From Eledone cirrhosa (lineage: Eukaryota): a stretch of 64,000 bases of DNA. The stretch is taken from the NCBI GenBank assembly GCA_964016885.1, contig OZ024741.1, forward strand, positions 299,956,001 through 300,020,000, in the 5' to 3' direction. The translations under genes were made by a program, and so were the position numbers. Of the stretch, positions 26,667 through 39,740 are shown in pieces. The notes beneath the pieces were generated by a model. The model searched no databases, was not told the origin of the DNA, and worked only from the letters and a program-made list of their open reading frames with translations. How positions within the stretch are numbered: position 1 is the first letter of the stretch; each line of letters begins with the position of its first letter.

Positions 26667-29351
26667 TATAATATATAATAAACTATACAATTATATACTA
26701 TATAATATAATATAATAGATAATATCCGGTTAATTTACACAAACTATATAGATGTCACAATAATACTATAATAATAAAATAATAACATATATAATATATA
26801 ATATATAATGGCATGCAAGTTAACAAATCAATTCATATAGAGTTACAGAGTAGGTGAGAAAAAAATATAAATTGTACAATACCCAAAATTATGATGGTAC
26901 AAAAATATAAACATCTTACATGATATATAAAATTTAACATATCATAATAGTACATATAATCAACGGTAAGTAATAAGGATCGATAGTACAATAACAAATA
27001 CAATATAAAATAATTAACATAATATAATTACTTATAATTACAAGGTTGGTAAACAGACATATATGTGGATGAGTGAGTAAGGGCCAGACAGTAAATAGAA
27101 TGCACAGTAGTATTAATAAATAAATAAATAAATAAATAGAATCAACCGGAAATTAAAAAACAAAAACAAAAGTATATACTTAGGTCTCACATGCAGTTAA
27201 GTAAAAACTTAGGAAACAACCCCGGTGATTGACTCGAAAACCCTATTTGATAAATTAATATTAAAAATATTTAAAATATCTGATAAGGCAATACAATATT
27301 AGCTATGGTTTAAGTAATCAAAATTTATAAACGTTAATATTTCACTACAAATCTATATATATAAAGGAATGAAATTTTCTACTATCATTTACATAACGAT
27401 ATCTAAAAAAACTGACTTAAGCAGACTTATGATAGGCTAATAGGGACAGAAAAAAAGAAATGTATGGAGGATACAAAGGAGCATAAAATCATAGTCAATA
27501 TACTATATTAAATAATAGAAAGGAGCGTAAAAGAGGGGGGGATTAAATATAATCATAATCTATTTGAAGGGGTTGACAATAAGTTTATGTGCGCATGGGG
27601 GAAGGGAGGGGGAGAAAGTGGGTGGGGTGGGTGGTTATCCAAAGAAGAATCCAAATAAAATAAAATGAAATAAAATACAATAATGTAAAATATATAATTA
27701 GATATATACTCATAAGGTGTTAATAGTGAACATTTAATGCGTAAGAAGATAGATATGGTATAGTAGCCAAAAGATTATGAGAGCTAGAATAAAGAGTTGT
27801 CAAAAACCAATGATAATAATGATGATAATAATGGTGGTAAACTAAAAGAACCTAAACTAAAAAATAAGTAATGGAATATATCAGCTAATGGATACAATTT
27901 ATACTACTAGAACCTTTAGGTTTATAATAAAAGTAAGAATTAGAAATAGCGTGGGGGCAAGAAGAGAATATCTCAGACTTTCTATTAAGTAAGGATTCGC
28001 TAGAGAAAATTATAGAGTGTGTCTCGAGGATACAGAGATTACAAAATTTAGTATGTGTAGAAAGGTTATGAGAGCGTGCTACTAAACGCCAATTAAGGCT
28101 ATATGGTATATTAGCCCCCTTAAGATCCCAGATATAGTGTGCTAAAGAAGTAGAATTCTTAAACTTAACATGTTTGAAATTAGAGATATGAGAATTAAAC
28201 CTAGTCTTAAAAGTGTTAGATGTAGAGTCTATATAAGTTCTATTAGAGGAATTAGTTATAACTACGCAAGCATAGACGATGTTCTTAGAGAGGCAGTTAC
28301 CGTTTAAAGGGCAGTTAGCACTCACTCTACAGTTACACTTCCGGGTGCTATTGGTTGGCTGAAGTAGTGATGCATTACACGTAGGATTGCTATTAGATAA
28401 GGTCTGTTCTAGTGGTAAGGCATTTCCAGATCTGTTCAGACCAGTAGTATGTAGAGAGGAGAATCGATCCCTAATTTTCCTATTGTTAGTGCTAGCTAAA
28501 TGAGAACTAATATTAGGGGTGGTAGAGAATGAAAGTTTAATAACAATTTTATTAAAAATACTATGGTATTTATGAGAAGGGGGAGATTTTTCTCTAAGAT
28601 AGAAAAAAAAGACCTAGGGATATTAGTTAATACTTCCTGATTATATGGCGGGTTAAAATAAGTATTTAGTCTCCTTCTATTTTTATCCTTACCGACTCTA
28701 CCATTATCTAATATCCCACTATTAAGACTAGGGTTACTACAAGGATTAGTTAAAACCGCATTTTTAGAATCAGCCAAAATCCCATTAAGTCTCTTACTGT
28801 TTCTACCTCCAGTAGATCTGCTGTCGTCTGGAATCCCATCAAAAGGATTAGGGCCAATAATAGGATCACTAGAAGCAACATTATTAGAATTAGATCTAGC
28901 AAAATTATCACTCAGAGGGTTCGACTTGTTTCCTTGAGGTATTATATTCCCTATTACGAGTCCCGTGGGTTAACTTATGGATGGGTTTAGATACACCTAT
29001 GTAATTGTTACGGTTATTATGCTTCCTACTCCTTTTTATTCCTATCATGCTTAATTATATTTAAACTCTTAATAAGGTTTAATTTGTGCTGTTGAAGATG
29101 GATATGTGTATTGATGTATGTGTATATGTGCATACGTGTGCGTACATATATACATATGTATATTGTATCTTTTAATTTTTATTGTAATTTTAATATTGTT
29201 ACAAGTATATTATATTATATAGTACTATATATAATTCCCCCTCTATATAACCACCTTTGTTTAGCTCTAGATTTTTTTTGTGTATGTACACTCCATATTC
29301 TTCGGAGTTTTCGGCTTGTATTGGCCGATTATACTTCTTGTTGTTTTAATT

Positions 29352-29389
29352 GCCCTGATGAGTCCTTAATAGGACGAAACATTTTTGGC
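29352..29389 (+). ncRNA. Type I hammerhead (inverted-arm copy, stem III mutated)
   Basis: gcc CTGATGA gtcc ttaata ggac GAAAC att TTT ggc. Confidence 0.8.
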
Positions 29390-29702
29390 TAATAAAGATC
29401 TTTGATGTATTAAAGGCTTCTTTGTTTTACTTTCATAATTCTTCGGCTCTGTTTAATTACATTGAGCTATACCTTTTACTGTCATTTCTATAATACGAAG
29501 AGGGTGTTTAACTCCAACACGCTCCAGTATTTTAATCCTTATATATATATATATATTTATTTTAGAGTTAAATAAGGTTCATATGAATTATCTAAGAATC
29601 AGTTTTACACACATATATATTTATGTGTGTGTTTGTATTTGGCTGTGCGTGTTTGTGATATGTATGTATATGTATGTGTATAATTGTATGGCTATGTATG
29701 TA

Positions 29703-29771
<69 letters not shown>

Positions 29772-30179
29772 ATGTGTGTTGTGTGTATGTATTTGTGTAT
29801 GCGTATGTATGTGTTTATGTATTTGTATATGTATATTTATGTGTGAGAGTGTGTGTATGTAGTTATTTTTACGAGCATTTGTGTGTATTGCTTACCACGT
29901 GTGTTTGTTCATTTATTTGTTGCCTGTATCGGTGTCAACTTTATAATAGCTTTATTTTCTTTTTTATGCCTTTTATTATTATATATATTTTTTCTTATAT
30001 TTATTTGTGTGTGTGAGTATGTAGAGGTGTGTGTATATATTTCTATTTTTGACCATGCGTATGTATGCATGTATATATGTGTGTATGTATGTGTATGTAT
30101 GTACGTGTGTATATACGTATGATTGTGTGTATATATGTATGTATATGTATGTGTGTATGGCTATGTATGTGTGTGTCTA

Positions 30180-30220
<41 letters not shown>

Positions 30221-30371
30221 TTTAGAGTTAAATAAGGTTCATATGAATTAAATAAGAATGCGTTTTACACAACGTATATATATATGTGTGTGTTTGTATT
30301 TGGTTGTGCGTGTCTGTGATATGTATGTATATTTATGTGTATAATTGTATGGCTATGTATGTGTGTATGTA

Positions 30372-30462
<91 letters not shown>

Positions 30463-30943
30463 GTATATATGTATATATGTGTATATGTGTGTGTATGTGT
30501 ATGTATTTGTGTATGCGTATGTATGTGTTTATGTATTTGTATATGTATATTTATGTGTGAGAGTGTGTGTATGTATTTATTTTTACGTATGTATGTGTAC
30601 GTGCATTTGTGTGTATTGCTTACCACGTGTGTTTGTTCATTTATTTGTTGCCCGTATCGCTGTCAACTTTATAATAGTCTTAATTTTCTTTTTTATGCCT
30701 TTTATTATTATATATATTTTTCTTATATTTATTTGTGTGTCTGAGTATGTAGAGGTGTGTGTATATATTTCTATTTTTGTGCATGCGTATGTATGCATGT
30801 ATATATGTGTGTATGTATGTGTATGTATGCATATGTTGATATGTATGTGTGTATGTATGTATGCGTATATGTATGTGTATGTATATATATACACATATAT
30901 ATGTCGGTGTGCGTGTGTATATATGTGTGTGTATGTATGTGTG

Positions 30944-31000
<57 letters not shown>

Positions 31001-31233
31001 ATGTATATAATTATGTGTATGTGTGTGTGTGTTTGCATGTGTGTTTTTATTTTATTTTTTCCTTTCCTTCTTCCTTCTCCAGCCTCACATTCATATAGAT
31101 TGCATTTTTGTTTTTAAAATACAAAGTCAATAAATACGCCAGGATTTTTTCATTCTGATCATTGAAAGTAAATTTTTTTTGCTTTTAAGAAACCACTGGT
31201 AAATGAAATAATTGCCTTATGTTGTTTATTACA

Positions 31234-31326
<93 letters not shown>

Positions 31327-32078
31327 TTATATATATGTATATATATATATATACTTAAGTAATAAACAACATAAGATAATTATTTCATTTACCAGTGGTT
31401 TCTTGAAGGCAGATATTTATATCTGTCTTCAATCGTCACAATGCATAAAGAACATGGGGTTTTATTTAATATTGATTTGAAAACAAAATTCAGGAAATAT
31501 GAAAGTGAGGCTCAAAAATTGGGCAAAACGGATTTAGGAGAAACATATATAGATAATTATCCAGAACATAAACATACACACACTCAAGCATGCGCTTATA
31601 CGTAATAGTACGTAGACGTATACTTTCTCACATAACCGTATTGGCGTCTCCATGGAAATAAGAACAGACACATAAAACGTGTGGTCTTTTGCTCAAATAT
31701 TTGAATACACAACCTGTATAGAGAGGTTGAAGCCTTTAAAGAAGGCTGTGAGTTCTTTTCTGAACCTGTCGCAAGCTCGAGGTCCGCACTTAGTCATGGT
31801 CAAAAGACCATCGTCACGGTACAAACAACCGCCCGCGTTGGGGAATTCGTCCTTGATAGAGAAAAGAAGGAAAAGGCCAATAAGATCAGTAACCTCCGCA
31901 GAGTCACTGGCGCCCATACTCACGTCGAATGGGGCACTATTGGATTTTTTAATCCAAATAGAGTCGTCGAAATTAATCACCGACTTTCGGGCATTAAGGC
32001 TTTAAAGGCTTCAACCTCTCTATACAGGTTGAGGCCAATCTCTCGGTCGTTAATTACCTCGACGTTACCCTCAATTTA

Positions 32079-33014
32079 TTGAATGGGTTGTATTACCCGT
32101 ATAGAAAGCCGAATGATACGCTTAATTACATAAGTAAGTATTCCAACCATCCTGTAAGCATAATCAAGAGCCTGGTAAGAAACGTTTCGTTGAGGCTTTC
32201 CCGTCTTTCCACCAACGAGCGCATTTTCAACGACCATTCCACTTATTACAATGAAGCTCTTGCTCGAAGTGGATTTGTCGATAAGGTAGCATATACAGTG
32301 TACGAAAATAGACCTAGAAGAAATAGATCCCGTCGCATTTGTTGGTTTAACCCACCATATAATATGGAGGTGGCCACACCATTAGCTAAGATCTTTCTTT
32401 CCCTTATTACGAAGCATTTTCCCCCAGCACATAAATATAGTAAAATTATTAATAGAAATACTATTAAAATGTCTTACTCTACGACTCCTAACTTTGCACA
32501 TAACATCACAGCTTCAAATTTAGCTAAACTACCTAGCCGTAGGAACACGTGCAACCCTGTAGGTAGTACTAACTGTAATTGTAGCAATCGGGCTGATTGC
32601 CCCCTATCCGGGAAATGCCTCTCTAGTAACATTGTCTACAAATGTAAGTTTGTAACACCCACGTCACGTAGGGCCTACATAGGGTTAACCGCCAATAGTT
32701 TCAAGCAGCGTCTTTACATGCATACCCATTCTTTTCGTTACCCTCTAAGAAGGAATATGACGTCACTTTCAGCTTATATCTGGAGTCTAAAAGACAACCA
32801 CCCCCAATATAAGTTACACTGGGAGATCCTAGCTAGGGCTAGATCGTATAACGGAAATAAAAGACCATGTGACTTCTGCGCCGCTGAGGCCCTGGAAATA
32901 CTCTACGCTACAGACCACATCTTAAACAAAAAATCTGAGGCAATTTCGGCTTGTAAACATAAATTGCACAAAACTTTCCTGTATTACAGCCCCACGTTAT
33001 ACCTTAACGGATAG
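32079..33014 (+). CDS. PLE RT-thumb, linker and GIY-YIG endonuclease (open partial frame)
   Basis: PYRKPN, YISKYSNHP, WFNPPY, MSYSTTPN, CNC..CPLSGKCL, IVYKC..YIGLT..FKQR..H, CDFC, LNKKSE..CKH. Confidence 0.9.
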   Translation: MNGLYYPYRKPNDTLNYISKYSNHPVSIIKSLVRNVSLRLSRLSTNERIFNDHSTYYNEALARSGFVDKVAYTVYENRPRRNRSRRICWFNPPYNMEVATPLAKIFLSLITKHFPPAHKYSKIINRNTIKMSYSTTPNFAHNITASNLAKLPSRRNTCNPVGSTNCNCSNRADCPLSGKCLSSNIVYKCKFVTPTSRRAYIGLTANSFKQRLYMHTHSFRYPLRRNMTSLSAYIWSLKDNHPQYKLHWEILARARSYNGNKRPCDFCAAEALEILYATDHILNKKSEAISACKHKLHKTFLYYSPTLYLNG

Positions 33015-33944
33015 CACGATCTATACGTGGATATTTTACGTATTGATGTGGGAGCTAAGTATATGTTTTGTTTATTCCTTTACGTATTTGCATAGGTAAG
33101 TATATATTACCCGTATGTTTTGTGAAGGTATGTATACCTTCTCGTACGTATATTTGACTGTTATAGCGTATCATTTTTACATATTCTGGTATTTAGGGTT
33201 TGGCTATGCGTATACGGGAGTTTTGCGTCCGCGTGAGTGTGCAGGTTCGTACGTATGGTGGGTGTGTGTATATGTGTACTTCTTGTTTTAGTTGACTTAC
33301 GTCTCCGAACATTCGTGTATTTATATGTAGGTATGCGTGTGCGCTTGTTATATACGTATTTATTTACTTATATACGTTTATATAATTATTTATTTATTTG
33401 TACACAAGCATACACACACACACATATTTATATGTGCGTGGTTTTGTATACCCATGGTAAGGTTTTGCGTATGCTTGTGTATGTACGTATCTGTTTGCGT
33501 GTATGTATTTATTTGTTCCTATTACTTCTGTATTGTATTTATTTACTTTGTTCTTAACTCTGTAGCGGAGATTCATTTGGTCTCCTAGTTAGAATTTTAG
33601 TCTACGATTTCTGCTATACCATTTACGTGGTTTTGTCTTTGCGTGCTATTGTTCTCCACGCTCCACATATGACTTATTATCTTCGTTTTTTCGTTCATTG
33701 CCAGAGAACGTCTCTATGCACCACCTAAGAGAACATTAGTCTACGACCTCTTTTATACCATAAACGTTGTTTTGTCTTTGCGCGTAATTGTTTTTCACCG
33801 CTCCTATTAATGACGTATTATATTCGTTTTTTCCCGTTCTTTGCCAGCGAACGTTACCACGAACCAAAGTATCGTCTTCCTGTCTTCCTCCGGTTGCAAC
33901 GTTTTTTCAAATATCCAGTTCTGCGTTTACAGATTGACTTTGTT

Positions 33945-33995
33945 AGTTTCAGAAGATCCCGTTAAGGGTGAAAGCAGCGATTCTTTGCTTAAACT
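33945..33995 (+). ncRNA. Hammerhead-like motif (U4A variant or decayed)
   Basis: agttt CAGAAGA tccc gttaa gggt GAAA gcag-cgattct-ttgc TT aaact. The identical 3' half recurs at 19721-19770. Confidence 0.65.
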
Positions 33996-34104
33996 TTAAT
34001 CTGTTATTTTAATAAATATTTGCTCTACGGTTCTTATATACTTGATATATATTTTCCTTATCGAGCCCTCTTTGGATTTTAGTCTTCAATTTTATTATTA
34101 TTAC

Positions 34105-34135
<31 letters not shown>

Positions 34136-34489
34136 AAGTATGACCCCGACGGAAGAGCTCTGCCCTCGGGGTCATACTTTTTCCTATTTCCCACTCTACT
34201 ACCCTAAGTATTGAGTAATCTGGTGCGTTATGGTCCATGTGATTCCTTACCTCAACTCCTTTGTTATATATATATATATATATATATACATGCACATGCA
34301 GATATTCATATGTACAAACCACCAGGAAGTAGTTCAGAGGCAGAAATAACTAAATAAAGAAGATCAAAAATATTCAAAAAATGTATAAGAAAATCAAAAT
34401 CCAATAAAATGAAAAATAAAGTCATAAAGGGACGGTTTGACAACGAAACGGGGAAAGAAAATATGAATACAAACAACGTAAAAATAAAT

Positions 34490-34706
34490 AATTGTTACTA
34501 GATTTAGGCATAAGGCCAGCAATTAACCAGTACATTACTGGTGAATTATTTTATTGACACCGTAAGGATGAAAGGCAAAGTTAACCTCGGCGGGATTTGA
34601 ACTCAATATAATTGTTTCTACTTTAAGCACAAGGCCAGTAATTACCCAGTGCATTACTGGAACTTTATTTTATCGACCCCGTAAGGATGAAAGGCGAAGT
34701 CAACTA
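34490..34706 (-). mobile_element. Two tandem partial SINE copies
   Basis: aaggccag...cattactgg...cgtaaggatgaaaggc occurs twice. Confidence 0.85.
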
Positions 34707-34982
34707 CACAAACGATATGTATATATATATGCATATATATATATATATATATATAAAAGTATGTATACGTACATACATATATGTATACAGACGTACACTA
34801 GAATGTATATACATACATGCATGCACACATATATATACATACATGGACACATATATATGTACGTATGGGTTTACCGAACATTTATTATAATGCTCGGTTT
34901 GTTTGTAAACAAACAGCCCGAATTAGTAGCCGTACAGTGTTCGGCAACCATCGTTGCCATTCTGATCAACACTGGCAAATGA

Positions 34983-35025
34983 ACGATGAACTAGTTTCTA
35001 GCGTATTAGCTGTCATCAGCATCGT
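34983..35025 (-). ncRNA. Type I hammerhead ribozyme in a ~300-bp ORF-less island
   Basis: acgatg CTGATGA cagc taatac gcta GAA ACTAGT T catcgt. 6-bp stem I, palindromic stem III. Confidence 0.85.
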
Positions 35026-35177
35026 ATACCTTCCTTTCAGTCGATTGAACGTTTGAAAGTATATACTTTCCTTATGCATATTAACGGCTGAGCAGCCTAA
35101 TTTGCATATCAAGTGAGTTAGTCGGCCGGGTGAACCAAAAACGATAAATGGAAAAAATGAAAATTCATTTCTCACAC

Positions 35178-35280
<103 letters not shown>

Positions 35281-35489
35281 TGTGCATGTATGTATATACA
35301 TACTAATGTACGTTTGTATACATATATATATATGTACGTATACATACTTACATTTAAGTATCAGCCGTACTAACAGTGAGAAATGAAATTTCATTTAAGA
35401 GACACAAAAGGCTCTATACATACGCTAACGTATATATACACACACATATCCATACACACATACATAGATGCATGCATACATATATATAT

Positions 35490-35587
<98 letters not shown>

Positions 35588-35596
35588 GTATGCATG

Positions 35597-35638
<42 letters not shown>

Positions 35639-36099
35639 TGCATGTATGTGAGTATGGATATGTGTGTATATATGTGTATGTGTGTATATACGTGCGCTTA
35701 TGTATAGAGCCCTTTGTGTTTGTATGTATATATGTGTATGTGTGTGTATACATATTTATATATGTGTGTGTGTGTTTGTGTGTACATATATGGGTGCGTA
35801 TTTATTTGTGTATATATGTGTGTGTGTGTGTGTGTGTGTATATAAGGATATATATACACACATATTTATATTTGTGTATATGAGAATGGAGAGATATGCA
35901 TGTGTGTAAATGTAGATTTTACGCTATTATTGAGTACATGCGGGAGTGTGCGACTGTGTGTGGAAATATGTGTCTCTTCGTATTTCCATGTAGACGCAAA
36001 TACGCTTATGTGAGAAAGTATTACGTATAAGCGCGTGGTTGAGTGTGTGTATGTTTATGTTCTGGATATTTATCTATATATTTTTTCAAATAAATCCTT

Positions 36100-36317
36100 T
36101 TTGCCCGATTTTTCAGCCTCACATTCATATTTCCAAAATGTTGTTTTCAAATCAATATTAAATAAAAACATCATGTTATTTATTCATTCTGACGACTGAA
36201 GAAGGAAACTACTGGTAAATGGAATAATTATCTTATGTTCTTTATTACATAACTAATAAGCTCGGTAGCCTACATAGAGCACACTCTTTTCCTGTACATT
36301 TCCTATGGAAATACTTC

Positions 36318-36320
<3 letters not shown>
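36100..36320 (+). repeat. Dispersed repeat, probable PLE terminal region; relatives at ~23720-23950 (-), ~31060-31240 (+), ~31360-31515 (-)
   Basis: Shared agcctcac..tcatat, ctggtaaatg.aataatt and cttatgtt.tttattac motifs. Confidence 0.75.
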
Positions 36321-36360
<40 letters not shown>

Positions 36361-36439
36361 GAAACAATTGACCTCGGAAATGTTTAACTGTGGTGAAAGT
36401 ACTTCTACCACACTCGTCCCTTGGACTGAGTGCTCTACT

Positions 36440-36540
36440 AGTGCGGATATAACCCTACGTCCCTTTACGATCTGAGTTCAAATCCCGCCCAGGTTGACTT
36501 TGCCTTTCATCCTTACGGGGTGCCTAAAGTAGAATCAATT
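36440..36540 (+). mobile_element. tRNA-derived SINE fragment
   Basis: ctgagttcaaatcccgcccaggttgactttgcctttcatccttacgggg, with B-box GTTCAAATCC. Confidence 0.85.
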
Positions 36541-36685
36541 ATGTATATATGTAGGTATGTGAATGTTTGTGTATATATGTGTGTATATATATGAATGTTT
36601 GTGTGTATATATGTGTATATATATATGTATATGTGTATATGTGTGTATATATATGTATATGTATGTATATATGTATATGTGTGTA

Positions 36686-36744
<59 letters not shown>

Positions 36745-36800
36745 AAAATATGGGGAGAAGAATACTGCATGGTTGCACATGGATAACATGTTATAAAATG

Positions 36801-36871
36801 AGTCCCTCATCAGTGATGTGCCAACGGTCATAGGTATTTCATTGCATTAAAAATCATATACCTAACGTTGG
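36801..36871 (-). ncRNA. Candidate non-circularly permuted hammerhead (copy A1)
   Basis: ccaacg tt aggtaT A tgattt ttaatgcaat GAAA tacct atgac cgttgg c acatca CTGATGA gggact. Confidence 0.6.
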
Positions 36872-37336
36872 TGCTATAATAACTAAAATAAGTTATTAGG
36901 ATAATTAAAACGCGTAAAGCGAGTGAGACAAGTAAACAACACAGAGGAAAGCTAACCGAAGATAGGAAGATACACAAGCTACATAGGTATTCTATCAGTA
37001 TAAGCTGGGTGAATATATGAGCGAGTAAGAATAGACCTTTCGAGATGAATCCGATGTAAGAAAGAAGGAAAATCGTTTTCGTCGCGAACGGGGGGAAGTA
37101 AGAAGGGGAGAAACAGTGAGTGAGTGAGTGAGTGGAAGTGCGAGGAAGAGGTCAGTAGAGAGAACGTGTTAACTGACATGACAGAGGGGACGAAAGAAAG
37201 TAAGAGAAACAGAGAGAACGAGGGAGCAGTAAGAGAGAGAGAGAGAAAAACAGAATCGCAGTTTAGGTAAATATATGTGAAAAATATGGGGAGAAGAATA
37301 CTGCATGGTTGCACATGGATAACATGTTATAAAATG

Positions 37337-37407
37337 AGTCCCTCATCAGTGATTTGCCAACGGTCATAGGTATTTCATTGCATTAAAAATCATATACCTC
37401 ACGTTGG
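37337..37407 (-). ncRNA. Candidate non-circularly permuted hammerhead (copy A2)
   Basis: As A1 but with a perfect stem I tgattt/aaatca. Confidence 0.62.
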
Positions 37408-37491
37408 TATATATTTATATATATTTATGTGTATATGTATGTATGTGTGTATGTCTGTATGTCTGTGTATGTGTATGTATATATATGTGTA

Positions 37492-37555
<64 letters not shown>

Positions 37556-38485
37556 AATATATATATATATATGTATATATGCATACGTGTATATGTGTAT
37601 ATATGTATATATATATATGTGTGTGTATATATACGTGTGTATGTGTGTATATGTATGTATGTGTGTATGTGTGTGTATATATATATATATAATTTACGAA
37701 CTTGTGCATCTGCTGTGGTGTCAAAAACAAACGCGCATGACCGCACAGATAAACAATGGACTATGCCACGTGGCTTGAACCTGTAAGTGAATTGAAGGTT
37801 CCGTAACTCTGATACACAGATTATTTATTATTAAGATGTATAAACTTGACATAACTATTATCATCTTATATTCTCTCAACTAATCACATTTGATCATATT
37901 TCTCTATCCCGTTTTCTCCCCCCATAATTATTATATTTTTATTTTTATTTGAAAAAATCGGTTTTTTACATTGTGTTTTCCCCTCCAAATATTCGCTTAT
38001 ATTTCTTTATATATTCTCTATATATTTTTTTACATATATATATTTTATTTTATCTTTATTATTTCCACTTTTATCCTCCTTTATATTTTACCTTATTCTT
38101 ACTTTTATACCTTATTATAGTGTAATCTTCCCCATGCCTTATTATACACTATTAATTATAGATTATTATTATTACTCTTTTTCCATTTCTAATTACCTCA
38201 TGTACTTTCTCATCCGCTATATATATATATATATATATTGTATGCCCTTTGTGTTTGTGTAGCCTCTGCACACCCTCTGCACCATACTATCGACGCCACC
38301 CCATCTATGGTTCAGCTAACCACTCGACTCCCGGGAATGAATATGACCGCAGCTAGCAAACAAGGAACCACACCCCACCCTCCAGCACCAAAATTAGACT
38401 TATCGTCCCCTACTTTTGCTCTTTACTCTTTGTTCTTGAATGTTTGGTTGGTAGAGTCCATAACACCAATCAAAGCCATTTTATA

Positions 38486-38530
38486 GCTCTGACGAATCCT
38501 ACGGTTACGTAAGGAAGAAACATTGTAAGC
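38486..38530 (+). ncRNA. Type I hammerhead ribozyme
   Basis: gct CTGACGA a-tcct-acg-gtta-cgt-a-agga-a GAAAC att GTA agc, then c-AATAAA. Confidence 0.88.
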
Positions 38531-38571
38531 CAATAAAAATCTTTTGATGTTGTAGACGCTCTTGTGTTCTT

Positions 38572-38619
<48 letters not shown>

Positions 38620-38688
38620 ATGTGTATATATGTGTATGTGTATGTGTGTGTATATATATGTATATATATATATGTATGTATATATATG

Positions 38689-38750
<62 letters not shown>

Positions 38751-38999
38751 TATATATATATATATGTTCGATATGTCTCATATGAAATAATACAGCCAAT
38801 TTTCCACACAATAAATTTAGTTAGCACCCCAAACGCTTAATTAGGAATATACTCACTTATTTCCTAATGTTTGTTGAGTGAGTTGGAATTTGGCCGGTGT
38901 ATCGCTAAAAGCTTTCTCCGATAATGTATTTATTTATATATATATATATGTATATATATATATGTATGTGTATATATATATATGTACATGTGTGTATGT

Positions 39000-39054
<55 letters not shown>

Positions 39055-39389
39055 ATATATATGTGTATATATATGTATGTGTGTGTGTGGGTGCGCGTGT
39101 GTGTGAGTGTGTGTGCGTTTGTGAATGTGACTGTTGTCATTTGGAATATAGCTTAAGAGAAACTTGAAGATAATGGTATGATAGGCACTCAATATTTGAA
39201 CTGGTCTATAGAATTCTCTAGTCCTTTGTCACTCTAAGTAGAACCCAAAAGAATGAGCTGTTAATGAATTTCCCTTTTCTTTAAATCCATCAACCATGAC
39301 TGACCCCCAACAATCTTATAGAGATAAACTTAAAAATAATATATACATATGGATATATATATAGAGATATATATATTTTAATATATATA

Positions 39390-39562
39390 TAATTGTTTCT
39401 ACTTTTTGGCACAAGGCCAGTAATTACCCACTACATTACTGGTACTTTATTTTATCGACCCCGTAAGGATGAAAGGCAAAGTTAACCTCGGCGGGATTTG
39501 AACTCAGATCGTAAAGGGACGTAATTATGCTGGAAAGCATGGCGTCCGACTCTCTACCGATA
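39390..39562 (-). mobile_element. tRNA-derived SINE, near complete
   Basis: cacaaggccagtaattacc...atcgaccccgtaaggatgaaaggcaaagttaacctcggcgggatttgaactcag...ctctaccgat. Confidence 0.88.
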
Positions 39563-39703
39563 ACACACAAGTTATTATATATTGGTAAACGGAATAGAAA
39601 ATGCTGACAAATTGTTCACAGTTGAAAAATGGTTTAATTAGGAATAAAAAAGTATTAGTGATTGTATGGGTTAGTATTCAGTTGTGGTTTTAAGTTTTTA
39701 AGT

Positions 39704-39740
39704 TTTTACCGGTTGCGCATTTCTAAATGCTTTTCAAAAA
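39704..39740 (-). ncRNA. Hammerhead-like motif, U3-A8 with A13C
   Basis: ttt TTGAAAA gcattt ag aaatgc GCAAC cg GTA aaa. Confidence 0.65.

Larger units (their letters stand above)
23700..31240 (-). mobile_element. Penelope-like element (Naiad-like) with ~2-kb inverted terminal copies
   Basis: Linker and GIY-YIG on minus strand: 28496-28777 (YFNPPY) and 27885-28325 (CPLNGNCL, IVYAC, CNLC, CPH). ~23800-25800 is inverted relative to ~29030-31240, and each carries an HHR. Confidence 0.85.
31693..34100 (+). mobile_element. 5'-truncated Penelope-like element (Naiad-like) with inverted RT fragment
   Basis: Minus 31693-32000 encodes RT motifs MGASDSAEVTDLIGL and LYRDDGL. The frame continues on the plus strand from ~32001. 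3' UTR ends in an HHR-like motif and AATAAA. Confidence 0.9.
36742..37408 (-). mobile_element. ORF-less 536-bp unit with ~130-bp terminal direct repeat carrying a rearranged hammerhead-like motif
   Basis: 36742-36872 is repeated at 37278-37408. (TA)-rich flanks. Confidence 0.8.
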
